Of a DNA stretch of 64,000 nucleotides, positions 38,095 through 50,401 are shown in pieces. Position numbers and translations under genes: made by a program. Position 1 is the first letter of the stretch. Each line of letters begins with the position of its first letter. The DNA is from Octopus sinensis (lineage: Eukaryota). The notes under the pieces are model-generated. The model saw nothing but the letters and a program-made list of their open reading frames with translations. It had not been told where the DNA came from and did no database searches. The stretch is from the NCBI RefSeq assembly GCF_006345805.1, contig NC_043008.1:47306001-47370000 (forward strand), given 5' to 3'.

Positions 38095-38375
38095 AGCGTA
38101 GGCAAGTAGCCCAGTAGGTAAGTTACTTGCTTCAAAATTGTAAGGTCATGAGTTCGTGCCCTTGAACATGACATTGTTTCACGTTACTCCAGCCCTTTCA
38201 GTTGCCAAAAATGAGCGCTACCTATATTTCAAAGGACCAGCCTTATCACATTCTGCGTCACGTTGAGAACTACGTTAAGGGTACACGTTTTTGTGGAGTG
38301 CTCAAAAGTAGAAGGCATCCTCCGAACGTGCGGCATAACAGTGGCGTCGAGGATTTCGTTGCTCACACAGCGACT
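38095..38375 (+). mobile_element. old SINE family B copy
   Basis: TTTCACGTTACTCCAG...CTACGTTAAGGGTACACGT...GTGGAGTGCTCA matches the reverse complement of 25031-25351. Confidence 0.65.
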
Positions 38376-38392
38376 GTGTAGTATTGCCACCT

Positions 38393-38434
<42 letters not shown>

Positions 38435-38440
<6 letters not shown>

Positions 38441-38643
38441 CAAAATAAGCAACAAGTATGTCTTCGGTAATTTGGTACGATCGTTTCATGCTACTTCATT
38501 TTATTAAACATTGTATTACATCAGTTTTAAAATGTTGAGCAATCTTCTTATTTTGATTATAATCAACCCATGGATATTTATGGATGATACCATACAAAAT
38601 TCTCGTGCCTCTGACTTAAGTACCATTTTCATTTGAATCTCTC
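38435..38643. mobile_element. rearranged copy of the 30034-30225 repeat (segment B forward, segment A reversed)
   Basis: 15-bp inverted repeat TATAATCAAAATAAG (38435-38449) / CTTATTTTGATTATA (38547-38561). Confidence 0.75.
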
Positions 38644-38782
38644 ACTATATATATATGTATATATATATAACGGGAAGCTTTATGAAAATAGACAAAAGAC
38701 GAAGGTAGGTTTACGGAAATAAACAAAAGACGAAGGCAGGTGGAATACAAACAAACAATTGTATTAGTATGGCGCTCAGGAA

Positions 38783-38813
<31 letters not shown>

Positions 38814-38873
38814 TATATACGTATATATGTATGTATATATATATATTATATATATATATATGCGTATATATAC

Positions 38874-38957
<84 letters not shown>

Positions 38958-39167
38958 ACTGTTCAGTGACAGCAAATTCAAGAAAGACGCGTTCCATCTG
39001 GTGAGAGATGAATATTACTTACTTAAAGGTCACAACACATGTATTGAAACGCTACCAATAATTTCATGTGTTGCGAAAACTCAAATATATTCTTCAGGCT
39101 CAAACCACATATCATAACGAACTAAAAAAAAGGTTGAATAAAAGAAGAAACGCGAGGAAACTGAGAA

Positions 39168-39378
39168 GGCAGCATATTGCTAACTGGTAAGCGAACACTC
39201 TCGTAAACGTAGAAATATCTCTATGTTTTGAGTTCAAATCTCAACTCGACCAACTTTGCCGTTTATCCTTTCGCCGTCATTTAAAATAAAGTACCAGTGA
39301 TCTACTAGGGTAGATGGTACCGTCTTACGCCTCCCCTCAACTTTGCAGGCGTTGGACCTAATTCAGAAATTATTATTT
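39168..39378 (+). mobile_element. old SINE family A-like copy
   Basis: GAGTTCAAATC...ACTTTGCCGTTTATCCTTTCG...AAAGTACCAGT. Confidence 0.55.
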
Positions 39379-39716
39379 CATTGGCCCTGCAATACGCACA
39401 CACACACAGAAACACACACACATACACACGCACACACACACACACACACAAATGCATTCTTGTGCACAACAGACAACTGCACATACTTCACCATAAATAG
39501 CTGATAACCGAATAAAGGACAGAGAGATAGAGAACCGAAGCTGGGAAAATAGTGCCGCAGACCTACCTATATTGTTACGACGGAAATAATTCTACGACCG
39601 AGAACAGCTGAGAAATACTCTCAATAACACATGATAATTCTTCAACGCATTTTCTTATATTGTATATTTCTCTCCTACGTATTTGCACGAACACGCATAT
39701 GTCTTCCTATAACTCT

Positions 39717-39767
<51 letters not shown>

Positions 39768-41199
39768 ACTATCTATCTCTCTTTCTCTCTCTTCCACTTT
39801 TCTTCATTTCTTCTCCCTGCTTTCTTTACCACTATTTATAAATGTTGTGCTCTCTTGTTTTTCCTTATTTAAACCGTCAATATCTTTATCTTAGCCTAAA
39901 ACTGAGATCATATACACACACCAGCTTTCTACAGCAAAGTCATATCGGCGGATCTTCGCAGTAGAGATCTCAAGTCTTCAAATCTATTCAATGTAGTATA
40001 ATAATGCTTGCAGCATAAAACTATTCAAACTAAACAGTAAGATAACGCATAGAGAAAAGCAGTAATTGGGAGGCGTTCAATTGGTATCAGTGTTCGGATG
40101 CATCTTGGCATGAATGTAGCGTGATCTGGATGTGTTCTTGGAATGATCCATTCCAAGAACACGTTTAAAAGCAATTGATACTATGTCTGACATATTAAAT
40201 GTTCAACATGAAAAATACGATAGAGTGCAGTTACTTCTAAGGAGGCGAAGTTGTAAAAGATACATTTATATTATTGGAAACATATATATATATATATATA
40301 TGTGTATCTGTGTGTGTGTGTGCGTGTATATGTGTATATATATATATATAATTATATACATATATACTTCGTTAATATAATTTCTACTTTTGTTCATCTA
40401 TTTTTCAAGAATCGATTTCAAATTTCAGCTCCTGCATTATTTTCAATACAGAAGAGTTCCGTTAATGATCCCACATCGTATTACAATTATCCAAACTGAT
40501 TTTTGGATTGCAATTAAAGAATTCACTTCCTTTTAATTTCTGTTTCATAATTCCTGATCTAAAATATTCGCCGAAGTGTCTGTTAATACAGACCTTCACT
40601 TTGTCACATTTCTCTTTATTGGAATAGGTTCTTTTAAACACTTGTTAAAAAAAGATTCTTTATTTAATCAATTATAAGGATCCGCAACACCTGATACTCA
40701 CTGGAGTTATTCCGGGAAAAGTTGTTGCAATGCTGCAGGCGACATAGAATGCCTTCAAACTTCTAATAATTTATCTCCGAGACATGTTTGGAAAAAAATT
40801 TACCCAAATCATATGCCTTTAAATTCTAGAATGCATAACGCCAATAAGTGCAGATATATAAAGTTCATTAATTGTGCCACTCATTATTGCTAGTTATCTA
40901 TCTACAGACATATTGTCTGAGAGAAATTTTCTTGGAGGTTTTCCGGAATATACAAATCTGTCCACGAATATATTTAGGTAACATTATCGCGTGAAGTAGT
41001 AACAGGATCTAGAGCTTTAACTTTTTGTTTTCATATCGAAATATTTATACAAGGACAATATTGTTATTCTAGCTGCCGTCATGCATCGTATAAATAATAT
41101 AATGTCTGAGATTTGACAGCGTACGGTTTCCTGTGCGTTTCAATGCAACTCTACGCATATTTGTGTGGAAGCGTATATAGTTACACGGATAAATTAGTA

Positions 41200-41204
41200 G
41201 TTGT

Positions 41205-41286
<82 letters not shown>

Positions 41287-41299
41287 TGATGGATAGATG

Positions 41300-41365
<66 letters not shown>

Positions 41366-41385
41366 TAGATAGACAGACAAACAGA
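41200..41385. repeat. (GATA)n/(GACA)n microsatellite
   Basis: Direct reading. Confidence 0.95.
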
Positions 41386-41706
41386 CGTGTTATATCATGT
41401 AGATTCCGAATATACAAAACTTTGGGGGGAACGTGTTTTAGGAAGGGGCGGGGTGGGGAATTTCGGAAAATTCACATGGCGTCCACCTCAACTCTATTTT
41501 ATAATAAAATTCTCTACAAATATACCTCGGACTATGTAGAATTCCGAGAACATAGGGATTGGGGGGCAATTGGTTATTGGGTTATTGTTGAGGACTGTTC
41601 CCCTCTCGGGAATGTTTCGAAACAAGTCGTCCATATTTATTTCATATTCTCAGTTTCGATTTCACACACAAACACACACATATATATATAATGTACATAT
41701 ATACAT

Positions 41707-41752
<46 letters not shown>

Positions 41753-41889
41753 CATGCATACATCTATATAAGTGTGTGTTCATTTTAATGGGTGTAGCTC
41801 GACTTCTTTTCAATTTACTATTCTGTTAAAATTCTTTATATAAGACGACTCAGACATACACAGATGCAAGAATGGATGGATGGCTGGAT

Positions 41890-42127
41890 GGATTGATAGA
41901 TAGATAGATAGACAGACAGAGATAGATAGATAGATAGACAGAGATAGATAGATAGATAGACAGACAGAGATAGATAGATAGATAGACAGAGATAGATAGA
42001 TAGATAGACAGATAGATAGATAGAAAGATAGACAGACAGAGATAGATAGATAGATAGACATATAGATAGATAGATAGATAGATATAGATAGATAGATAGA
42101 TAGATAGATAGACAGACAGAGATAGAC

Positions 42128-42162
<35 letters not shown>

Positions 42163-42163
42163 C

Positions 42164-42246
<83 letters not shown>

Positions 42247-42280
42247 CAGAGATAGACAGATAGATAGATAGATAGATAGA
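41890..42280. repeat. long (GATA)n/(GACA)n compound microsatellite
   Basis: Direct reading. Confidence 0.95.
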
Positions 42281-43373
42281 TACGCACACATACATAAATA
42301 CATAGCGATATAGCTTGATGGGTGTGTTTGGTGAGCCTGCGTGTGAGTGTTTGTGCTTGTATGTACAAGAAGCTATAAACGAACAAAGGAAGATTTGTAT
42401 GAAACTTGTTTCTATATTTCGAAATGGTTTACTATTTAAATAGCATTAATTACAATAGCTCGATTGCAAGAAGCTTCGTCTGTTTTGTTGGAAAGTTGGA
42501 AGTTGCGTGACAGGACACTCACCACGACTCTATCTCTTTGCTACAGCGATTGTATGTGTTAAAAATGATTATCGCATTAAAAAAAAAAGTTAAAAGGACA
42601 TAACATAACCTAAACAAGGCTATGAAATTAAGATATTTCAAACATCACAACAGAGTTTATAACTGTGTATCACTTAAAATATTTCGTTACATTTTTATTT
42701 GTAAAATTTTGAATAAAAATATTTTAGTAGAAAGGAAAATTCGAACAACCGCAAAATGGACATAACTAAATGTTATAGCTAACTTAGTAAATACCAAAAA
42801 CTACTATAATGGCTTTTTAAAATGGGCTTTATTTAGCAAATTGTCTGAATTTACACAGTTATCCGTCAAACATAAAATTCTAATAACATATTTTTTCCTA
42901 TCTGTTTATACGATATTTTAGAATCAATACCAGCAAATAATCTGTGTTTTTATTTTAAAACGAAACATTACCCCCCCCACACACACACACAACGTGCGCG
43001 GGTACGCACACACACATACACACACAGGTAACTGATACAAGAACTGCAATAAAGTTTCCATACATAAACTTATGTATATTTTAGATTCTCTGAGTATAGA
43101 TCTTCGGAAATTGATCCAGCTTCCAAAGCTACACGATTCAATAGAAACGTATTAACGACGATATTTATACGACGGAACAGCTTTTTATGTTTCGACAGGA
43201 CGCAAACGGATATCGGTCAAAAAGAAATGCTTTCTACGTCGGATATTCGTCCATCACCGAAGTCTAAAGATATCTTTTACCAACAGAAGTTTGGTAATCA
43301 TTAGAAATCTATCCAGCTTGGATCAGGAAATAAAGGACTGAGTTTTGTTGTCATTATATCTTTTATGAGACTT

Positions 43374-43599
43374 AGGCGGCGAGCTGGCAGAATCGTTAGC
43401 ACGCCGGACGAAATGCGTATTTCGTCTGCCGTTACGTTCTGGGTTCAAATTCCACCGAGGTCGACTTTGCCATTCATCCTTTCGGGGTCGATAAATTAAG
43501 TACCAGTTACGCACTGGGGTCGATGTAATCGTCTTAATCCGTTTGTCTATCCTTGTTTGTCCTCTCTGTGTTTAGCCCTTTGTGAGTAGTAAAGAAATA
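43374..43599 (+). mobile_element. SINE family A, young
   Basis: Near-intact head, body and tail. Confidence 0.9.
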
Positions 43600-43619
43600 T
43601 ATATTTTTTTATGAAACTT

Positions 43620-43790
43620 AGGCGGCGAGGTAGCAGAATCGTTAGCACGCTGGGCATTTCTTTCGTCTCTACGTTCTGAGTTCGTATTCCGACGAGGTGT
43701 TGACTTTGCCTTTCATCAATTCTGGATCAATGTAATCGACTTACCCCTCATCCGAAATTTCAGGTCTTGTGCCAAAATTTAAAACCAATA
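43620..43790 (+). mobile_element. SINE family A-like, older, directly downstream
   Basis: AGGCGGCGAGGTAGCAGAATCGTTAGCACG...GACTTTGCCTTTCATC...GTGCCAAAATTT. Confidence 0.8.
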
Positions 43791-43958
43791 TAATTTATCA
43801 GAATCAAGATATTCTCTGTTTTAGTTGAAACATTAACACACATACATACAAGTACTCGGATAAATACATCTATATACATACATGTATATATAAATATTTG
43901 GGTGTGTATACAGTCATGTGTGTGAGCGTGTGCGTGCGTGTGCGTGTGTGTGTTGTTG

Positions 43959-44002
<44 letters not shown>

Positions 44003-44005
<3 letters not shown>

Positions 44006-46054
44006 TAGTTTTATTTTTATTTTTATAGCGTGCTTTCACTTCACTACCGAGCGCAGCTCTGTGTGCCTTGGGTATGTGCTGTGATTTGTTGTGATGCTCT
44101 GATGGTTATTGTATGGAAAGTGTTCTGCGTAGGATGTGTGCAGTGCCTAGTAGTGCAATTTTCTGTATGTTATATGTGTTTGTAAGTCCTGGTGTTTTTG
44201 TTATGTATTTTTCTGAATATTTTTTTATCATGCCTAATGCACCTACTATGATAGGAATTGTTTCTGTTTTCAGATTCCACATTCTAGTTACCTCTATTTC
44301 CAGGTCTTTGTATTTTGAGAGTTTCTCCATTTCTTTTAGAGACACGTTGTCATCTGCCGGTACTGATACATCAATTAGAAAGCATTTTTTTTCTTCATGG
44401 TCTCTGACAACTATATCTGGTCTGTTGGCCTTAATTTCTCTATCTGTGTGTATCGGCATATCCCAGAGTATGGTTGCTTTCTCGTTTTCTGTGACCTTTT
44501 CTGGTGTGTGCCTATACCATCTTTTTTCTGTTGTTATTCCATAATGTTGGCATAGCTTCCAATGTATGTAAGTTCCAACTCTGTCATGTCTGTGAATATA
44601 TTCCTTCTTAGCCAAGACTGGGCAGCTAGAGATAATATGATTTATTGTTTCTTGTCCATCTCCACATATTCTGCAGTTACTTGTAATATTTCTTTTCATT
44701 ACATGTTTTTGGTAATTTCTGGTGGGGAGGCTTTGGTCTTGTGCTGCAATTAAAAATCCCTCTGTTTTGCTTTGAGTCCTGAGCTTCTCAACCATTGCTG
44801 GGATTTTTCTTTGTCTATTTCTTTTGCGTTTAGTTTAGTCCAGTATTTACCATGAAGGGGCTTTTCTTGCCATCGTTTTATCATGGTTCGTTGCTGTTCT
44901 ATTTTTAGTTTGGATTTCATTTTTTTTATAGCTTTTGTTGTTTCTTCATCTTCTTCTTCTTCTTCTTCATGTTTATTAGGTGGTATGATTTCTTGTTTGT
45001 ATTTGTCAGCTTCCTTAAATACTGAGACCAGTTTTTTGTTTTGCTCGTGTTTTGCCGCTATCTGGATCAGTTTTCCTTCCTTCTGAAGTAGATATTTTGC
45101 AGTCCTATGGTGGTTATTTTATAGTAGTTTTCCAGCTGTATAAGGCCTCTACCACCTTCTATACGTTGTATATATAGTCTTTCTATGTCAGATTTTGGGT
45201 GATGCATCCTAGATCCTGTCATTATTTTTCTTGTTTTCCTGTCTATTTTGGTCAGTTCATTTCGTGTCCAGTTAAGGATATTGTAGCTGTAACTTATAAC
45301 TGGGACAGCTAAAGTGTTGATACCTATTATCTTGTTTTTAGCATTGAGCTCTGTGTTTAGTATTGATCTAACTCGTCTATAATATTCTTTTTTTATTTTC
45401 TCTTTCATTTGTGTGTGTTGTGTCTTATCTAGTTCATGGATTCCTAAGTATTTGTAAGTTTGGCTTTGGTCTAATTCTTTTATTTCATTTGCTTCATCTA
45501 GTGTGATGTTGTTACTCTTAACTAGTTTTCCTCTTTTCATGGTTACTTTGGCGCATTTTTCTAATCCAAATTTCATATCTATTTCTTTGGTAAATCCATG
45601 AACTGTCTTTAATAGTGTTTCCAGCTGTTTGTCATTTGCAGCGTATAGTTTTAGGTCATCCATATATAAAAGGTGGCTGATCGTTTTGCCGTAACATTTA
45701 TATCCGCATCCAGTTCTATTTAGCATATCAGATAGAGGTGACAGTGCCAAGCAGAAAAGGAGTGGAGAGAGCGTATCTCCCTGGAATATTCCTCTTCTAA
45801 TGGGGATGTCTTTGGTTTTCACGAGTCCCTCTTTTGTTTGGAGGTGTAGGACTGTTTGCCATTTATTCATAGAGTGCTCTATGAATTTTATGATTGTTGG
45901 TGCTACTTTGTTAATGGCTAGTGTTTCGAGGATCCATGTGTGGGGGATGCTATCAAACGCCTTTTTGTAGTCAATCCAGGCCATACTGAGGCCTTTCTTC
46001 TTTCTGTGGCTGTCTTCAGTTATGGCTTTATTAATCATTAGTTGATCTTTACAT
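44003..46054 (-). mobile_element. 5'-truncated RLE non-LTR retrotransposon (Dong/R4-like), copy 2, inside a (TAA)n tract
   Basis: RT motifs WIDYKKAFDS, GIFQGDTLSP, LLYMDDLKL; HPKSDIERLY; CRICG..ETINHIISSC; RPDIVV..LIDVSVP; (ATT)n on both flanks. Confidence 0.95.
44106..46054 (-). pseudogene. RT-CCHC-RLE ORF remnant (~650 codons) with two 1-nt frameshifts
   Basis: ORFs 45067..46038 and 44106..44795 join through a stop-free frame; shifts at ~45096 and ~44767, both in T-runs. Confidence 0.9.
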
Positions 46055-46081
46055 TATCTTTACATTGATCTTTATTATTAC

Positions 46082-46460
<379 letters not shown>

Positions 46461-46568
46461 TCAGCTGAAAACGTTACCTTTAACATCTAAAAAATGTTCG
46501 TACGTTTATATGACAGAGAGAGACAGAAAGAGACTTCACCCGTGGCCCAGGGTTATTTACTTTCTTTG

Positions 46569-46599
<31 letters not shown>

Positions 46600-47649
46600 T
46601 TGGTAACTCTTTGTAGTTGAGATATTGACCGTCACCTTCCTTAAACGTAACATACACTCGACTACAACAAACACACGTTTATATAATAATGGGTGTCCTG
46701 TGAGTTCCACGCACGCAGCACATCCCACGCTACGCCACGGCATTGCGTATAGAAATGTTTGCAAATATTGAAGTCAAAATTATAAGTTGATTGCTGAAGG
46801 ATATCTGATAGCAGAAATGTAATTCAATGTTTGCCAGTGTTGGCTTTGGCATTAAGTGTTCTTACCGATCGTGTCCGTTCCACACAAAGATCTGATTAAT
46901 ACATTAAATCTCGTATTCAGGTATAAATACCGCTGCAATAAAAATTCCTGTGCGTTTAATTTAAGTCACATTGCTAATTGAAATCAAATGATATAAGGAA
47001 CTTGTATACACGAGTGTGTGTGTATGTGTGTACATATACCTTATACACACATATATGTGTGTGGGCATCTGTGTATGTATATACGCACACATACACACAT
47101 ACACACACGTATAGATTGGTATATGTTTCTGCTAAAGGTTTCATTTTAATTAGCGCCCTGCTGAGACATATCCACCGAGGACTTCAGTCTGTTCTGTCAG
47201 TAGTTTGTCTCGTATGTAATTGTATCGATCTCAATTTATTGAAGGGTTCCGCTTAACTAAGTGTTAAATTATGTCACTCATGCGTAAAAATTAACACGAT
47301 ACACACAGACACACACACACAGAGAAATAGTGACATAGATAAAGCACACACACTCTCTCGTAAATATATATCTGCGGATGCTTGTTTATTGCGCGAGCGC
47401 ATTGTAATGGGGACGGCATACTGCTTTAATCTAACAACACAGACAATGCGCTGATTAGCCTGAGGCCAGAGCAGAAAAGATGAGACCCCGCTGTGCAATA
47501 GAATCCTGAGACGAGAGCCTTCCTACAAAAACAGAATCGACACTTTAAAGAAAATTGTTGATATCGTAACAGTATCTCTTACACTGGCGGTTGTACTTAT
47601 GGATGAGAATGTATTCCTTATCAAATATATATAAAAACAATTGACTGCA

Positions 47650-47835
47650 CGGCGCGGGCATGGCAGTGTGTTAAGAAGGTTTTTTCCCAACCACATGGTT
47701 CCGAGTTCAGTCCCACTTTACGGCACCTTGATCCGGTGTCGTCTACTATAACCTGGGGCCGACCAATGCCTTGTGAGTGAATTTCGTAGAGTTGTGGAAG
47801 AAATTTGAAAGATGCCTGTCGTGTGATGTGTGTAA
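47650..47835 (+). mobile_element. SINE family C head
   Basis: CCAACCACATGGTTCCGAGTTCAGTCCCAC...GGCCGACCAATGCCTTGTGAGTG. Confidence 0.75.
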
Positions 47836-48193
47836 GTTTTGGTAAGAATGAAAATCAGTTATGTTGGGAGTATAATGCATAATTATTCATAAAATGTATT
47901 TATATGAAGAATACATATTGCTTAAGAGAAAGAAAAATATAGGGATGGAGGATTTGCGTGGAAAAGACAGATACCTATCTTAACTTAACTTAAGATGATA
48001 AGTTTATTTGTGAACGAAGTATATATTCAGGCTCACCATATCTCAGATATTTATCAGCAGAGAAGGAAAGAGCGATATAATTATAACAGGAATCATTCTC
48101 GAAGGAATTAAGAATTTGCTACAAGATAACATGAATATAATAGTTGTTGATACGACTTGAACCAGAGATACTGACACACACACACACACACAC

Positions 48194-48255
<62 letters not shown>

Positions 48256-48674
48256 AGATATCATTAACACTAATTTTTTTTTTTTAAACTATTCCACCCT
48301 TTCCAAAATGTCTGTTTCTGTGATAGAATATGTGTGTGTGTGTGTGCGTGTAAAGAAAACAGAAACGGGAGGTAATATTGATGAACAATAACTTATTTGC
48401 ATCAATTATTATTTATGAAATTATTTACGAAAAGACTGCATCCCATCTAACAGCTGTTTCTGCTGCCAATGTTCTTTAGTATTAGCATTATTATGCTAAA
48501 AAATATATTTTGTAAGCTTGGAACTTATTTCAACGTCTCTTAACACCGAAACTCTAAGTTACGAGGACGTAACCAAACCAATACCGATTGTCAAGCAGTG
48601 GTGGGAGACAAAGACACGTATACACACACATACACACAGATATATATATATATATATCTATATATATATATATA

Positions 48675-48876
48675 TATAAATACAAGAGGCTTCCAAATAG
48701 GAAGGCCTTGTGCTAGAAAGAGCAGTAGAAAACTCAAACCATCTGAAACCCAAATTTTGATGGTAAACGTTTTTAATTTTCATTCCTTTGGAGAATTTAT
48801 CCTTAATTGGTGGTTTGATTTTCTACTGCTCTTTCTAGCACAAAACTTTCCTATTTGAAAGCCTCTTGTATTTATA
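48675..48876. mobile_element. MITE with ~65-bp TIRs (Tc1/mariner-like ends)
   Basis: TATAAATACAAGAGGCTTCCAAATAGGAAGG...GTAGAAAACTCAAACC vs GGTTTGATTTTCTACTGC...GCCTCTTGTATTTATA. Confidence 0.8.
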
Positions 48877-49029
48877 AGTGAATGATATATAGTCTAATGA
48901 CTAATTCGTTTTTGTGCTAGGCCACTGGTAATAATAATTTCTTATTACCCTATTGCTACTTATTACACACACACACACATATATATATCTATATATCTAT
49001 CTATATATATATATATATATAGTATATAT

Positions 49030-49175
49030 ATACACGATGTGTTCCGATTTCCAAATCCACTTAAAAGGCTTTGGTAGGGACGATGCCATAGTTGAAGATA
49101 CTTGCCTAAGGTGCCATGCTGCGAGACTGAACCGGAAACATGTGGTTGGTAAGCAAGCTTCTTACCACACAGCCA
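49030..49175 (-). mobile_element. SINE family C head
   Basis: GAAGATACTTGCCTAAGGTGCCATGC...CATGTGGTTGGTAAGCAAGC. Confidence 0.75.
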
Positions 49176-50054
49176 ACGGTGTCGATTGTTTTGTTAGGTA
49201 GAACCGTGCTTGTTCGTGAATGCGCGATTGAACGTTTATCATTCTTCAACCTGCCTTCGAACAGCCCCTGGCACACTCATCTACCATTATTGATTATATT
49301 TTCCGCCAGTCTTGATGTGCATTGATAAACATACCAAACATTCAATGAGGTTCGCCAAACATTTTCTCTCCCCTCTTTCTCTCTCTCACTCACACATAAA
49401 TATATACATATATATACACATTACCGTGTATATATATAAATATATACGTAAATAGTTAAAATGGTGTTGATTTATGATTCGTACATTAAGAATGATAAAT
49501 ACTTTCAATCCTTTATATTCCAATCCGATCTCTCGACGGCAGACATTAAATTAATTTCTCTAAGGAATCTCTCTCCAAATAAATGTGTTAATTTGGAGGT
49601 TAGCAATTTATGAAAATGGTTTTCTTGTTAGACATGTTATACTGTCTCGCGACCAATTCTCTGACTGACAATGTTTTTAATTTGTTGTAAATCCTGAATT
49701 AAAGCATCTGGCAAAGATCTTTTTTTTTTGTTTTCTGTTTCTATTGTTCGTTCGGCCACTTTCCTCTCTCTATTCGCTTGCAATTCCCAATATAAATGCA
49801 ATGTAAAATAAGCAATACAGACACACACAGATACACACACATATATATATTCGTATGTAAATATTGACAGTTGCGCTTATGCGTTTGTGTGCGCTGCTTC
49901 TAATCTCTCTATACATATAGAGATAGCTAGATAGACAGGGAGAGCAAGAGAGAAACAGATGAACATTCATACATCTACGTGTACTAATACATACACACAC
50001 ACACACACAACACATACACACACACATATCTATATATCTATCTATATATATGTG

Positions 50055-50115
<61 letters not shown>

Positions 50116-50365
50116 CGCCGTTGCCGTTTTGTTACACTGTAATTATTGAAAACCTCCTCTGACATGTGGAATATAGGAGTCATTAATATATACATATTTT
50201 GATATTCAAGGAGTGAAACGGATAAAATCCAAGTTACATGTATTTATCGGTTAGTTAATCCTCTGACGTAAATAATCACGCGAGGTAGGTACCCAGCTTA
50301 GCCAGCCATCAGGCGAAGATTATCTTAGTCAAATGAAAGTTGCATTGTTTTTTGGAATTTCCAAG

Positions 50366-50398
<33 letters not shown>

Positions 50399-50401
<3 letters not shown>

